A program made the translations under genes and the position numbers. Below the pieces are notes generated by a model. That model worked only from the letters and a program-made list of their open reading frames with translations, was not told where the DNA came from and did no database searches. From Acidimicrobiia bacterium (GTDB lineage Bacteria > Actinomycetota > Acidimicrobiia > Spongiisociales > Spongiisociaceae), in NCBI GenBank assembly GCA_041576165.1, contig JBFGLM010000001.1:96001-160000 (forward strand): a stretch of DNA of 64,000 bases. Reading direction: 5' to 3'. Position 1 is the first letter of the stretch. The number at the start of each line of letters is the position of its first letter. Shown piece after piece: positions 28,866 through 38,528 of this stretch.

Positions 28866-29756
28866 TCAGGTCGCGGCCGGATCTAGCGCGGCGCCGATCT
28901 CACGATCGTTGGCCTCGCTGACCACCGGCATCCTGCGGGCAAAGACCCGGAGCAGAATGAGGCCGCCGATCCCCGCCGCCAGCCCGCTCCATTGGCTCCA
29001 GGTGAACGGGCCGAGGGTCGCATCACCGTTGACGTCGAGCGACAGGCGGGCGAAGTCGATGACGAACCGCTGGAAGCCGTACCAGGTCACCCAGGTGGCA
29101 AACAGCTGGCCGTAATGCAGCGGGCGCCCGGACCGGTACAACCAGACGAGAAACACCAACAGCAGGGCTGCGCCCACCAGGTCGTACAACGCCGTGTGGT
29201 GGTAGACGCCGCACAGGCCGTCGGCCCCCGCAGTCGCACATTCCAGCGCATCGTGCTGAGGGGCGACGTCGTAGCCGGGTTTGATGCCGAAGCCGAGGAA
29301 GAACGTCGTTGGGCCGCCGAGGTGCTCGACGATGGCCAGGTCACCGATTCTCCCGACAACGGTACCGAGCGCCATGCCAAAAGAGGCCATGTCCGCGTAG
29401 GCGAGGAACGGAAGCTGCAGCCGGCGCAAACGCAGCCATCCCCCCAGAATGCCGCCGGCATAGCCGCCCAGTATGGAATACGAGCCGGCGGGGTTGAATG
29501 CGTCGCCCAATCCAAAACCAGGATCACCGAGGTGGGCGGGCACCGTCAGGAAACGGGCGCCCAGAATGGCACCAATCAGGGCCCACGTCAGTACCGAGGC
29601 AAACTTCTCTGCGTCGTAGCCCCGAGACCGGACATAGCGGGTGGCCAGCCATGCGCCGGCGAGAAAGCCCAGGGCAGCAAACACCCCGTGCAACGAGAGG
29701 CGGATCGGCCCCACCTCGAAGATGGGTATCGGAGGATATGAGATTGCGCCCAGCAC
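28866..29756 (-). CDS. Lgt family protein (second paralog)
   Basis: YPPIPIFEVGP..LSLHG, GAILGAR, SILGG, GRIGD, HHTALYD, RFVIDFAR. Start set at GTG 29756 (TAACCT 7 nt upstream). Confidence 0.85.
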   Translation of the reverse strand: MLGAISYPPIPIFEVGPIRLSLHGVFAALGFLAGAWLATRYVRSRGYDAEKFASVLTWALIGAILGARFLTVPAHLGDPGFGLGDAFNPAGSYSILGGYAGGILGGWLRLRRLQLPFLAYADMASFGMALGTVVGRIGDLAIVEHLGGPTTFFLGFGIKPGYDVAPQHDALECATAGADGLCGVYHHTALYDLVGAALLLVFLVWLYRSGRPLHYGQLFATWVTWYGFQRFVIDFARLSLDVNGDATLGPFTWSQWSGLAAGIGGLILLRVFARRMPVVSEANDREIGAALDPAAT

Positions 29757-29870
29757 CACGCTGAGGTTACCGCCCCCGGGCACGCATTGAATCAGTCGAA
29801 TGTCGCGCCATGGACTCTGATTGTCCGGCCCGGGGTACAATGGCGCCGTTCCGCCAACCCCCCGCATCGC

Positions 29871-30326
29871 ATGATCGATCCTTCCAATCAACGATACGTC
29901 GCGCCGACCCTCGTCCTGGCCGGGCTGTGGACAGCCGCCGTGTGGGGTTCGAGGCTCCGACTGCTGACAGCGGGCGAAGCCGCTAACTGGCCGACCGTGG
30001 CCCGCATCGTCGTTTCTCTGGCTCTTGCGGGCATGCTGCTGCTGCTGGCAGTCGGCGCTAGCAGTCGCCAGAGTTCGGGTGCGCCTGCGATCCTGTTCGC
30101 GTTCTCCGTCTGGATGGTGATCGTGTGGGTGCCGGCCACGTTGAGCGTGGCGGCGGGCAACGGTTCGTTGTCTTTCAAGGGTGTGCACACCGTCCTCGCC
30201 ATCGTGTCCCTGGCGTTTGGCGCGGCGCTGGCCGGCCAGGCGCGGCGCGAAATGACTTTCAGCCGACCAGCACGTCGATCAGGACCGCCGCGAACAGCAG
30301 TGCCAGGTATACGTTCGAGTAGGTGA
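29871..30326 (+). CDS. Hypothetical membrane protein (about 4 TM)
   Basis: Four hydrophobic helices and TACAAT at 29836. Its 3' end overlaps the convergent heme o synthase gene. Confidence 0.6.
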   Translation: MIDPSNQRYVAPTLVLAGLWTAAVWGSRLRLLTAGEAANWPTVARIVVSLALAGMLLLLAVGASSRQSSGAPAILFAFSVWMVIVWVPATLSVAAGNGSLSFKGVHTVLAIVSLAFGAALAGQARREMTFSRPARRSGPPRTAVPGIRSSR

Positions 30327-31167
30327 ACAACCGCATGGACCGCTGCGGGTCCTGCATGACCCGGAACGCTTGGAGCACAAACCCGGCTCCGAGAGCTACC
30401 GCTGCCAGCATGTACAACCAGCCGAGGCCGGCGACAGGCACCAAGGCCAGTGAGACCATCCCCACGATGCCCGTATACAGCAGGATGTGGCGCGTGGTCT
30501 GTGTGACTCCGGCCACCACCGGCAGCATGGGCACCCCCGCCGCCGCATAGTCCTCCCGATAGCGCAATGAAAGTGCCCAGAAATGAGGCGGGGTCCAGTA
30601 GAAGACTATGGCGAACATGATCCATGCGGCCAGGGAAAGGGAGCCGGTGACTGCGGCCCAACCCACCAGCGTGGGCGCGGCGCCGGCCGCACCTCCGATC
30701 ACGATGTTCTTGGGAGTTGTCCGCTTCAACGCCAGGGTGTAGACCAGCACATAGAACAACAACGCTGCGGTCGACAGTGCCGCTGCCAGTAGGTTGGTCG
30801 CGGCCCACAGCCAGGCGAAACCAGCGAGGCCAAGGACGATTCCGAACCGAAGCGCTGCAGCCGGTTCCACCCGATGGCGGGGCAGCGTCCGCTGCGAAGT
30901 CCGGCGCATCAGCCGGTCGATGTCGCGATCGACGTAGTTGTTGATGGCGTTGGCTCCGCCCGCCGACAGGGTGCCGCCGATGAGCGTGGCTACAACAAGC
31001 CAGGTACCTGGCCACCGGCCGGCGGCCAGGACCATCGACGGTACGGTGGTGATGAGAAGCAGCTCGATGATCCGCGGCTTCATCAACTCCACATATGCCG
31101 CAGCGATCGCTCGCCCCCCTCGAATCGGAGACGCGGGGTCGGTGATCGTCACGCCGGGATCCGCCAT
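30259..31167 (-). CDS. ctaB: Protoheme IX farnesyltransferase (heme o synthase)
   Basis: LMKPRIIELLLITT, NNYVDRDIDRLMRRT, NIVIGGAAG, WTPPHFWAL, DYAAAGVPMLP. Confidence 0.95.
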   Translation of the reverse strand: MADPGVTITDPASPIRGGRAIAAAYVELMKPRIIELLLITTVPSMVLAAGRWPGTWLVVATLIGGTLSAGGANAINNYVDRDIDRLMRRTSQRTLPRHRVEPAAALRFGIVLGLAGFAWLWAATNLLAAALSTAALLFYVLVYTLALKRTTPKNIVIGGAAGAAPTLVGWAAVTGSLSLAAWIMFAIVFYWTPPHFWALSLRYREDYAAAGVPMLPVVAGVTQTTRHILLYTGIVGMVSLALVPVAGLGWLYMLAAVALGAGFVLQAFRVMQDPQRSMRLFTYSNVYLALLFAAVLIDVLVG

Positions 31168-31204
31168 CGGCTCAGGATACCGCTCTGCTCCCGCACAGCC
31201 TCAT

Positions 31205-31814
31205 TCACCGGCCGGCGATCACGGCGGCAGCGGCTACTACCGGCGGGAGCTCCAGCCATCCCCGGTCCGCCCCGACCCTCGGATTGTGGAGATGCGGAAA
31301 TGGGACCGGCGGGATCGGATGACCGAGAAACGGACACAGCTGCTCCCATCCGTCGCCCTCTGTGATGTTCAACTCGAGCAGGTCGTACGGCCCCCCTGTA
31401 AAAGACGACCGGAACTCACGATCGTGCCGCCGGTAACGAGCCAGGTAGTGCTCTTCCTTCCCGGCAGGCGCCCCGACGCCGTCGTAGACCCACTCCCGCA
31501 TCGGAGTCGAGCTGGTCCCGAATTGATCGACAACGCGGCGGATCCAGTCCCCCGCCCGCCGCCACGTGAGGATGAACTTGCTGTCCGGGTACGCAACGTC
31601 GAACTCCCGATAGAGCAGCGGCCACGGATTGTCTCGAAAAGCGTCGTAGCGTCGCACCAGCCGCCGGGCGATAGTGAGCGCCCTCTTGTCGAGATCCGAT
31701 CGGAACACGGCATTGGGACCCGTGACCCGGTAGCCCAGAATGCGAAGAGGCGGCGCCGAGCGAAGTCGTACCCGTCGTGTGAAATCCGATCCCAAAGACC
31801 TTCGGCGGCCGCAT
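31205..31814 (-). pseudogene. Sulfotransferase-family gene with a +1 frameshift (pseudogene or assembly error)
   Basis: ATG 31814 gives MRPPKVFGIGFHTTGTTSLGAA. One extra base near 31748 separates it from LRILGY...DNPW...SKFILT...GDGWEQLCPFLG..PFPHLH in another frame. Confidence 0.8.
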
Positions 31815-31937
31815 CGTCGCCCCCGTCACGTCCGGCGCCCTCGGGCACCAAGCTACCGGGAAGAGACCCCTTCCTGGGTGCTCTGTCCGGGCCGGGGCAC
31901 GCGAAGCTTGCTGCTGGAGGCCGGTAGCCTCCACCCC

Positions 31938-32765
31938 ATGCGCAGTGCTCGGCTCCTCATCTGGATGATGATTCTCACCGCAGGCGCCTGTGGAAGCCCG
32001 GGCCTGGATGAGGACGCGCTGGTCCTGGTCGTGTCCTCGGATCTGGCGGTAGGCCCGAACCGCGTGGCGGTCGGGGCGTTGAACGCCGAAAACGAGTCGG
32101 TCGTCCATCCCGATCTGGATGTCGGCTTCGAGTTCTTCCGGCCGGACGGAACACCGGCCGGAAAAGCGGAGGCCGAGTTCATTTGGGCGATCCCCGATGT
32201 ACGCGGCCTGTGGGTTGCATCCTTCGATTTCGACGTGGCCGGTGCGTGGCAGGTGGGGGTTCGCAACGGAGACGGCAACCTGGCGGTGTCGCCCCCCTTC
32301 AACGTGGCTCTGGAGGCAGCCGCGGTCGACGTCGGCGAGCCGGCCCCGCGGTCGGTATCCAAGACCACCGGCGACGGGAGCCTGGCCGAGATCACGACCG
32401 ACACCTCTCCGGACCCGGCGCTGTACGACCAGACTGTGGCCGACGCGGTGACCTCTGGGCTTCCCTCCGTGATCGTGTTCGCCACCCCGGCGTTCTGCGT
32501 GAGCGCCACCTGTGCCCCCAGCCTCGACACGGTCAAGTCGCTCACCGGCGAGTTCGAGGATGTCAACTTCGTGCACGTGGAGGTGTTCGACAATCTCGAT
32601 GCGCCCTCTCGCGATCAGCTGGTGCTGGCTCCCCCGGTCGCGGAGTGGGGCCTCCAGACCGAGCCGTGGGTCTTTGTGGTAGACGAGGACGGGATCGTCC
32701 GAGCCCGCTTCGAGGGAGCGATCGGCGAGCACGAATTGCGCCGGGCCCTGGACGCAGTGACCTGA
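31938..32765 (+). CDS. Lipoprotein with C-terminal thioredoxin-like domain
   Basis: Lipobox-like LTAGAC, FATPAFCVSATCAP, EPWVFVVDEDGIVRARFEG. Confidence 0.75.
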   Translation: MRSARLLIWMMILTAGACGSPGLDEDALVLVVSSDLAVGPNRVAVGALNAENESVVHPDLDVGFEFFRPDGTPAGKAEAEFIWAIPDVRGLWVASFDFDVAGAWQVGVRNGDGNLAVSPPFNVALEAAAVDVGEPAPRSVSKTTGDGSLAEITTDTSPDPALYDQTVADAVTSGLPSVIVFATPAFCVSATCAPSLDTVKSLTGEFEDVNFVHVEVFDNLDAPSRDQLVLAPPVAEWGLQTEPWVFVVDEDGIVRARFEGAIGEHELRRALDAVT

Positions 32766-32935
32766 ACCACACCCCGTGCCACTGTCTGCACCTGCGCTAC
32801 TCAGCGTGGCCAACTACCCTTCGGGCTGATCACCCCTTGGTCTGAGGTAACGGGCGGGCCGCTTCCCCCCTTTCGGCGGAACCTGGTTGGGGGGGTGCGC
32901 GCCACAACTTGAGCCAAGTATCGAGGTGATTCTCC

Positions 32936-35242
32936 GTGTCCGACGGTCTCACACGACGTCGCTTTCTGCGCTCCGGCAGCCTGGCCGCGTTGGCCGGGAG
33001 TGTGTTCGCGACCACGGCAAACTCTCCGGCGTCTGCAGCAGGCCGCGTCCGGTCCGGGTCGGCGGCCGCCTGGCAGGCCCCGCTCAGCGGCACGATCTCA
33101 GGGACCCAGGACTACGACGCCGGCTTTGAAGTGCCGGCGGGCACCACGTTGCGGTTCGACCCCGACGTCTCTACCACCGTCACCGTGCGGGCCAATGTGA
33201 TCGTGTACGGCACCCTCGAGATGAAGCCGGCCAACGCAAGCATCGTCCACAAGCTGGTTTTCGACGCCGTCGACGAGTCGCTGTTCGAAGGGGGCGGTAC
33301 CGACCCCGCGCCCGATGACACCGGCCTGTGGGTTATGGGGGCCGGGCGGCTCGATCTAGCGGGGGCGGAAAAGCAGGCCTGGAACCGGACTGGAGACCAC
33401 GCGAGCTGGTCGAGCTCGGACGAACTGGTCGTCACCCCCACCGCAGCTGGTGACTACACGTTCAGGAGTCATACCCGGGGGTCGGCGGTACCCACCGTTG
33501 CCAACCCGTACGGCGGCGAGGCGGCCTATCTCGAGCCGTCGAGCCTGGCGTTCTCAGACATCTTCGGCAACACGCATACCGCCAACATCGAGTCGATCGC
33601 TGCCGCCGGGATCACTCGCGGGTGCACAACCGTCCTTTACTGTCCCAACCACCCGGTAACCCGCGGCCAGATGGCTGCGTTCCTGAACCGGGCACTGGGT
33701 CTGCCCGCCGCCCCCTCCGCCGGATTCTCCGACACGATCGGGCACACATTTGCGGACGATATCGACCGGGTCGCGGCTGCTGGTATCACCCTGGGTAGGA
33801 CCCCGAGTAGTTTCGCGCCGGATGATCCGGTCACCCGGGGCCAGATGGCGGCCTTTCTCACCCGGGCCCGTAACCTGCCACCGGCACCCCCCGCCGGGTT
33901 CTCCGACACGATCGGGCACACATTTGCGGACGAGATCAACCGGGTGGCGGCCGCTGGAATCACCCTGGGCACCACTGCGACCACGTACGCTCCCGATGAG
34001 GTGGTCAGCCGGGCACAGATGGCTTCTTTTCTCGCGCGGGCATTCGACCTCCCCGTCCCGGATCTGGGCAACCTCACCGATGGGACGGCCTTTCGGGCCG
34101 AGATCCTGAACCTCACCCGCAACGTTCGGATCGAGGGCACGGCTTCCGGCAAGACGCACATCTTCATCCGGTCGTCGGCGGCTCAGAGCATCCGCTACGT
34201 GGCGATCCGGTATGTGGCGCCTGATTTCAAAAGTGGCAGCGTCGCCGATGTCGGCCCCATCGATGCCACCGGCCGCTATGGAATTCACTTTCATCACTGC
34301 GGCGACGGGTCACGCGGAACGACCGTGGAAGGCTGTGTTGTTCGCGACGCCGATGGGCACGCCTTCGTTCCCCACATGAGTCACGGGATCACGATGGTGA
34401 ACTGCATTTCGTACAACACGCGGATGGATGCGTACTGGTGGGACGAAGGCAAGGCCAACCAGACCGACGACATCATCTGGGACAAATGTGTCGCCGCCGG
34501 GGTGGGGGCGGGGCCCAATCACAATCCCCACCGGGTGGGCGGCTTCGCCCTGCAGTTCGGCGATCGCAACGTCGTCACCAACTGTGTGGCCGTCGGGGTG
34601 GGGGGCAGCAGCGACTCGGCAGGGTTCAAATGGCCGGAGTTCGCCAACAACTCGGTGTGGACTTGGGGCTCAAACGTCAGCCACAACAATCTGCGATCGG
34701 GCTTGTTCACGTGGCAAAACGACACGCGGAACCACGATGTGGGCTTCTTCACGTCGTATCACAACGGCCTCCATGGCATCAACCACGGGGCCTATTTCAA
34801 CGAGTACTTCTATCACGACGCGGTGCTCTACGGAAACGCCGGCGCCGGCGTGATCCTCAAGGCCGTCAATCATCTGGGCACGTCGGCCGCACTCAGGTTC
34901 GAGCGGCTGGTGATCGACGGCGCCGGGATCACACCCACCTTGGTGATCAACGGTCAGCACACGGGGGCCGCCGAGAACATTCCGCTCCCGACCAAGTTCA
35001 CCGACTGCACGATGCTCAACGAGACCGACGTCAAGGTGAAGGTGAAGAACGTCCGCCAGGACGGCGGCATCGGCGGCCAGGGCTTCAAGGATCGATGGGA
35101 CTTCGTGAACTGCGGGATGCAGGTAGCAGACATCTACTTCACCGCCGACGCCGATCCCGAATCGCTGGTGCGAGCACAAAACGGGTCCTCGGCGTTCGAG
35201 GTAGACGTGACCGGCAGCCGAACCATCAGCCCATTTGCCTAG
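32936..35242 (+). CDS. Tat-exported protein: G8/CEMIP-like beta-helix protein with three inserted SLH repeats
   Basis: TRRRFL Tat motif; SLH motifs GITRG/GITLG...VTRGQMAAFL; LNLTRNVRIEG and GRYGIHFHHCGD followed by beta-helix-like repeats. Confidence 0.8.
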   Translation: MSDGLTRRRFLRSGSLAALAGSVFATTANSPASAAGRVRSGSAAAWQAPLSGTISGTQDYDAGFEVPAGTTLRFDPDVSTTVTVRANVIVYGTLEMKPANASIVHKLVFDAVDESLFEGGGTDPAPDDTGLWVMGAGRLDLAGAEKQAWNRTGDHASWSSSDELVVTPTAAGDYTFRSHTRGSAVPTVANPYGGEAAYLEPSSLAFSDIFGNTHTANIESIAAAGITRGCTTVLYCPNHPVTRGQMAAFLNRALGLPAAPSAGFSDTIGHTFADDIDRVAAAGITLGRTPSSFAPDDPVTRGQMAAFLTRARNLPPAPPAGFSDTIGHTFADEINRVAAAGITLGTTATTYAPDEVVSRAQMASFLARAFDLPVPDLGNLTDGTAFRAEILNLTRNVRIEGTASGKTHIFIRSSAAQSIRYVAIRYVAPDFKSGSVADVGPIDATGRYGIHFHHCGDGSRGTTVEGCVVRDADGHAFVPHMSHGITMVNCISYNTRMDAYWWDEGKANQTDDIIWDKCVAAGVGAGPNHNPHRVGGFALQFGDRNVVTNCVAVGVGGSSDSAGFKWPEFANNSVWTWGSNVSHNNLRSGLFTWQNDTRNHDVGFFTSYHNGLHGINHGAYFNEYFYHDAVLYGNAGAGVILKAVNHLGTSAALRFERLVIDGAGITPTLVINGQHTGAAENIPLPTKFTDCTMLNETDVKVKVKNVRQDGGIGGQGFKDRWDFVNCGMQVADIYFTADADPESLVRAQNGSSAFEVDVTGSRTISPFA
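33653..33970 (+). repeat. 174-bp-period intragenic duplication encoding SLH repeats
   Basis: Exact 35-nt match TTCTCCGACACGATCGGGCACACATTTGCGGACGA at 33725 and 33899, with similar flanks. Confidence 0.85.
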
Positions 35243-35279
35243 GTTCGACCCGTTCGATCGGATGCTGCCCTCGCGGCCT

Positions 35280-36356
35280 TCACTCGAGCCCGTACAGCCG
35301 GCAGAGCGCGCCCGACACCGCTGATGGTAAGTACGCGCCGGCGCGCTCACGTCCTGCTTCCCCCAGCCGGCATCGGGTAGCCGGATCTTCCGCCAAGGTC
35401 CGTACGGCGGCGTTGAGGGCTTCCTGGTCGTCGACGGGCACCAACAAGCCGCCCTCGCCGATCACCTCGCGCAGCGCCGGAATGTCGAATGCAACCAGCG
35501 GGATCGCGTTCATCATCGCTTCTGCAGCAACACGACCGAAGGACTCTTGCCGCGACGGCATCAACACCACGTCGGCCTCGTTGTAGATCTCTCGTACGTC
35601 GTGCAGCCGGCCGAGGTGGACCACCCTGTCTTCGAACTGCCGGAGCGCCTCCCAATGCGGGTCCTGCTCGGCCGGCTCCTTGCCGGCGGTCAACAGGCGC
35701 ACCGGCAGGTCGGCCAACGCCGCCATGAGGGCCGGCAACGTGTCGAACCCCTTCCTGGTCGAGTCGCCACCCAGGAACGCCAGGGTGAAGACCTGGCTGT
35801 CGGGCGCCGGTCGGTCGGCGAGCACGAGCGCGGGATCGATCGGGTTCGGCACGACCGTCATCCGGTCGGGAGTGGCGACGCCCGCTTCGAGTATCTGGTC
35901 GGCCGCGGCGTGCGAGACCGCAGCCCACCGCGTGTCCACCTCGGGTGTCCGCCACATCGGTGCGAGCGCCCGGATCTGACGGGGGACATCCACGCCGTGC
36001 GCCCATACCACGAGCGGCACGCGTGTGGCGCGGGCGGCGGGGAATGCCACGGCCATTTCAGGCATGCCATTGGCGTGGATCGCGGCCAGCCGCGTTCCGC
36101 TGGCCAGAGCCCATCGTCGGAGTGACCAGGCACTCAACAGCGCCCGAGCCGTGCGCAGTGGCCCGTGGGCCCGGACGTCCACGAGCTCGTCGAACAAACC
36201 CGTGCTGTCCAGATAACGCGCGGCTTTGCTGCCCATCGGGGCCCCGAGGATGCGATGCACACCCTCGATCACGCCGACATGCGTCTCCAGCGCGCGAATA
36301 GAGCCACCGAGCGCGGGCGGCAGCGAGACAAACAGCACCGATGCGTGAACAGCCAT
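35280..36356 (-). CDS. Glycosyltransferase family 4 (GT-B)
   Basis: VVPNPID, RKGFD, PSRQESFGRVAAEAM (ExxxxxxxE). Confidence 0.9.
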   Translation of the reverse strand: MAVHASVLFVSLPPALGGSIRALETHVGVIEGVHRILGAPMGSKAARYLDSTGLFDELVDVRAHGPLRTARALLSAWSLRRWALASGTRLAAIHANGMPEMAVAFPAARATRVPLVVWAHGVDVPRQIRALAPMWRTPEVDTRWAAVSHAAADQILEAGVATPDRMTVVPNPIDPALVLADRPAPDSQVFTLAFLGGDSTRKGFDTLPALMAALADLPVRLLTAGKEPAEQDPHWEALRQFEDRVVHLGRLHDVREIYNEADVVLMPSRQESFGRVAAEAMMNAIPLVAFDIPALREVIGEGGLLVPVDDQEALNAAVRTLAEDPATRCRLGEAGRERAGAYLPSAVSGALCRLYGLE

Positions 36357-36364
36357 GGACCCGG

Positions 36365-36428
36365 CGAGCCTATCCCCCGGTCGCGCATATGCAGCGGGAA
36401 AGCTAGACCCCGGGTCCCGATAGGCTCG
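36365..36428. promoter_or_regulatory. Divergent promoter with mirror-image -10 elements (10-bp inverted repeat)
   Basis: CGAGCCTATC at 36365-36374 and GATAGGCTCG at 36419-36428. Each places TAGGCT 7-10 nt before a start codon. Confidence 0.55.
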
Positions 36429-36433
36429 GCGGC

Positions 36434-37354
36434 ATGCGGATCCTCTACCTCGCCGGGCTCGGCCGCAACGGCAGCACGATCGTGAGCAACGTTCTCGGAA
36501 CGGCCCCAGGTCTGTTTCCGGTCGGCGAGGTACGATCGATTTGGAGCCACGGGTTCGGGTCCGGCGCGCTGTGTGGATGTAGCACCCCGATTCCCGAATG
36601 CCCGTTCTGGTCCCAGGTCGCGTCCGTGGGTGGGCTCGACCGCGGCGGGGCGCAACGATCGGCCGATCTCCACCGGCAACTGGTGAAACTCCGCCACCTG
36701 CGAGCGCTGGCGTCGGGGGAGGCGCCGGTGGATCTCGAGAATGACCTGGCGGAGTACCTCGACGTCCTCAGCCGCCTGTATCGCGCGATTCACGAGGTAG
36801 CCGGGTGTGATGTGATCGTCGACTCGAGCAAGGCGGCGCCCTACGCCGCCATCCTCGCCATGCTCGAAGCAGTAGATCTCAGAATCGTTCATCAGGTGCG
36901 CGACGCCAGGGCGTCGGCTCACTCGTGGACTCGGCGGCGCGAACACACCGACCTCCAGGGTGCCATGATGCCTCAATACCCTCCGTGGAAGACCGCCCTG
37001 CTGTGGAACGCATGGAACCTCGGGGCCGAGAAGCTGCGATCGAACCCGTACCACCGCCTGCGCTACGAAGACTTCGTTGGTGCGCCTCGCGCCGAGCTAC
37101 GCCGGGTGCTGGACTTCGCAGGCTTCCCCGATAGAGACGCGCAGTGGGTCGGCGAGCGGACCGCCGCCATCGGCGGGCACCACATGGTCCACGGGAATCC
37201 GTCGCGTGGCATGAGAGGCCCCGTCGAGTTGCGCCCCGACTGCGAGTGGGCCGGGTCGTTGCCCCGCACCTCAGAGGCCCTGGTGCTGGCCATGACGCTT
37301 CCGCTCCACCTGCGCTACGGATACGGCCTGGGGCGCCCACGGCCGCGCCCCTAG
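36434..37354 (+). CDS. Sulfotransferase (carbohydrate sulfotransferase-like)
   Basis: 5'-PSB LAGLGRNGST, CGC..CPFW, VDSSK, 3'-PB VRDARASAHS, LRYEDFV, HMVHGNP. Confidence 0.88.
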   Translation: MRILYLAGLGRNGSTIVSNVLGTAPGLFPVGEVRSIWSHGFGSGALCGCSTPIPECPFWSQVASVGGLDRGGAQRSADLHRQLVKLRHLRALASGEAPVDLENDLAEYLDVLSRLYRAIHEVAGCDVIVDSSKAAPYAAILAMLEAVDLRIVHQVRDARASAHSWTRRREHTDLQGAMMPQYPPWKTALLWNAWNLGAEKLRSNPYHRLRYEDFVGAPRAELRRVLDFAGFPDRDAQWVGERTAAIGGHHMVHGNPSRGMRGPVELRPDCEWAGSLPRTSEALVLAMTLPLHLRYGYGLGRPRPRP

Positions 37355-37535
37355 AACCGGTCCACTCGGCGCTGCCAGGGCACGCTCCACCCTCCAACAA
37401 CACCCGGTCGGCAGTACACTTCGCCCCAGGCCAGGGCATCGGCCGTATTGGGCGACTGGGAGTTCCAACGGTGACGCGCGGATCGGTGTCCGTCCTGCCT
37501 GCGCATAGATGATTAGGTTTGGAGTTGGGGTTCGC

Positions 37536-38528
37536 ATGGAGCCAGTCGTCAACGTGATGGGCGTCAGCAAGACGTATGAGCCATCGCCGCCATGGCTCAG
37601 GATGATGCTGCGGTCGTCCATCAAACAGCCTGTCCATGCGCTGAAGAACGTTTCACTCAGCGTCGACGGTGGGCGCATCGTCGCCGTGGTGGGACCGAAC
37701 GGAGCGGGCAAATCGACACTCTTCCGGGTGCTGACCGGCCTTACCACCCCCAGCGGCGGCTCGGCCACGATCCTTGGTCACGATGTCACCTCCGAATCGG
37801 CCATCGTGCGTCGCCATCTCGGATTCATGCCACCCGAGGAGCGAACCCTGTGGATGCGCCATTCGTGCGCCGAGAACCTCACATTCCATGGCCGGCTGCA
37901 GGGCATGGGGGGCAACCACCTGGCGCGGCGGGTGGATGAGGTGCTGGATGTGGTCGGATTGGGTCGCGCAAAGGACCGTGTGGTTTTCGCGCTGTCCTCG
38001 GGAATGAACGCCCGCCTCCGCCTCGCCCGGTCGTTGCTGCACGAACCTTCGGTGATCATTCTCGACGAGCCCACCGGCACGCTGGACCCAGTGGGTGCCC
38101 ACGAAATGCTCACCGTCATCCAAAAGGTCACGGTCGAACGCAACATCGCCGTCCTCCTCTCCAGCCACCGGATGGAAGACATCGAGGCGCTGCACGACAA
38201 CGTGCTGATGATCTCCTCCGGCCAGGTGGCGTACTGGGGCGACCTCGATGAGCTCCGCTCGAGATGGGAGAAGCCCCAGATCGAAATCGCATTCCGTGAA
38301 CACGACCAGGCCCTCGCCGGGGCGAAGGCGCTCCGCTCGCTGCCGGGGGTAGCCGGCGTGGTTCAGGAGGACCACGTGACCTATGTTGCCACCGACCTGC
38401 CGATCGGCGACCTGCTCGGCCGCCTCAACCGCCAGGTCTCCGGGATCACAAAGGTGGAGGCGACGCGGCGACCACTGCGAGAACTCCTTGCGGACATGCT
38501 CACCAACACCGAAGGCCAGGTGGCGTAA
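37536..38528 (+). CDS. ABC transporter ATP-binding protein
   Basis: Walker A GPNGAGKST, signature LSSGM, Walker B IILDEP, SSH. Alternative start 37509. Confidence 0.92.
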   Translation: MEPVVNVMGVSKTYEPSPPWLRMMLRSSIKQPVHALKNVSLSVDGGRIVAVVGPNGAGKSTLFRVLTGLTTPSGGSATILGHDVTSESAIVRRHLGFMPPEERTLWMRHSCAENLTFHGRLQGMGGNHLARRVDEVLDVVGLGRAKDRVVFALSSGMNARLRLARSLLHEPSVIILDEPTGTLDPVGAHEMLTVIQKVTVERNIAVLLSSHRMEDIEALHDNVLMISSGQVAYWGDLDELRSRWEKPQIEIAFREHDQALAGAKALRSLPGVAGVVQEDHVTYVATDLPIGDLLGRLNRQVSGITKVEATRRPLRELLADMLTNTEGQVA

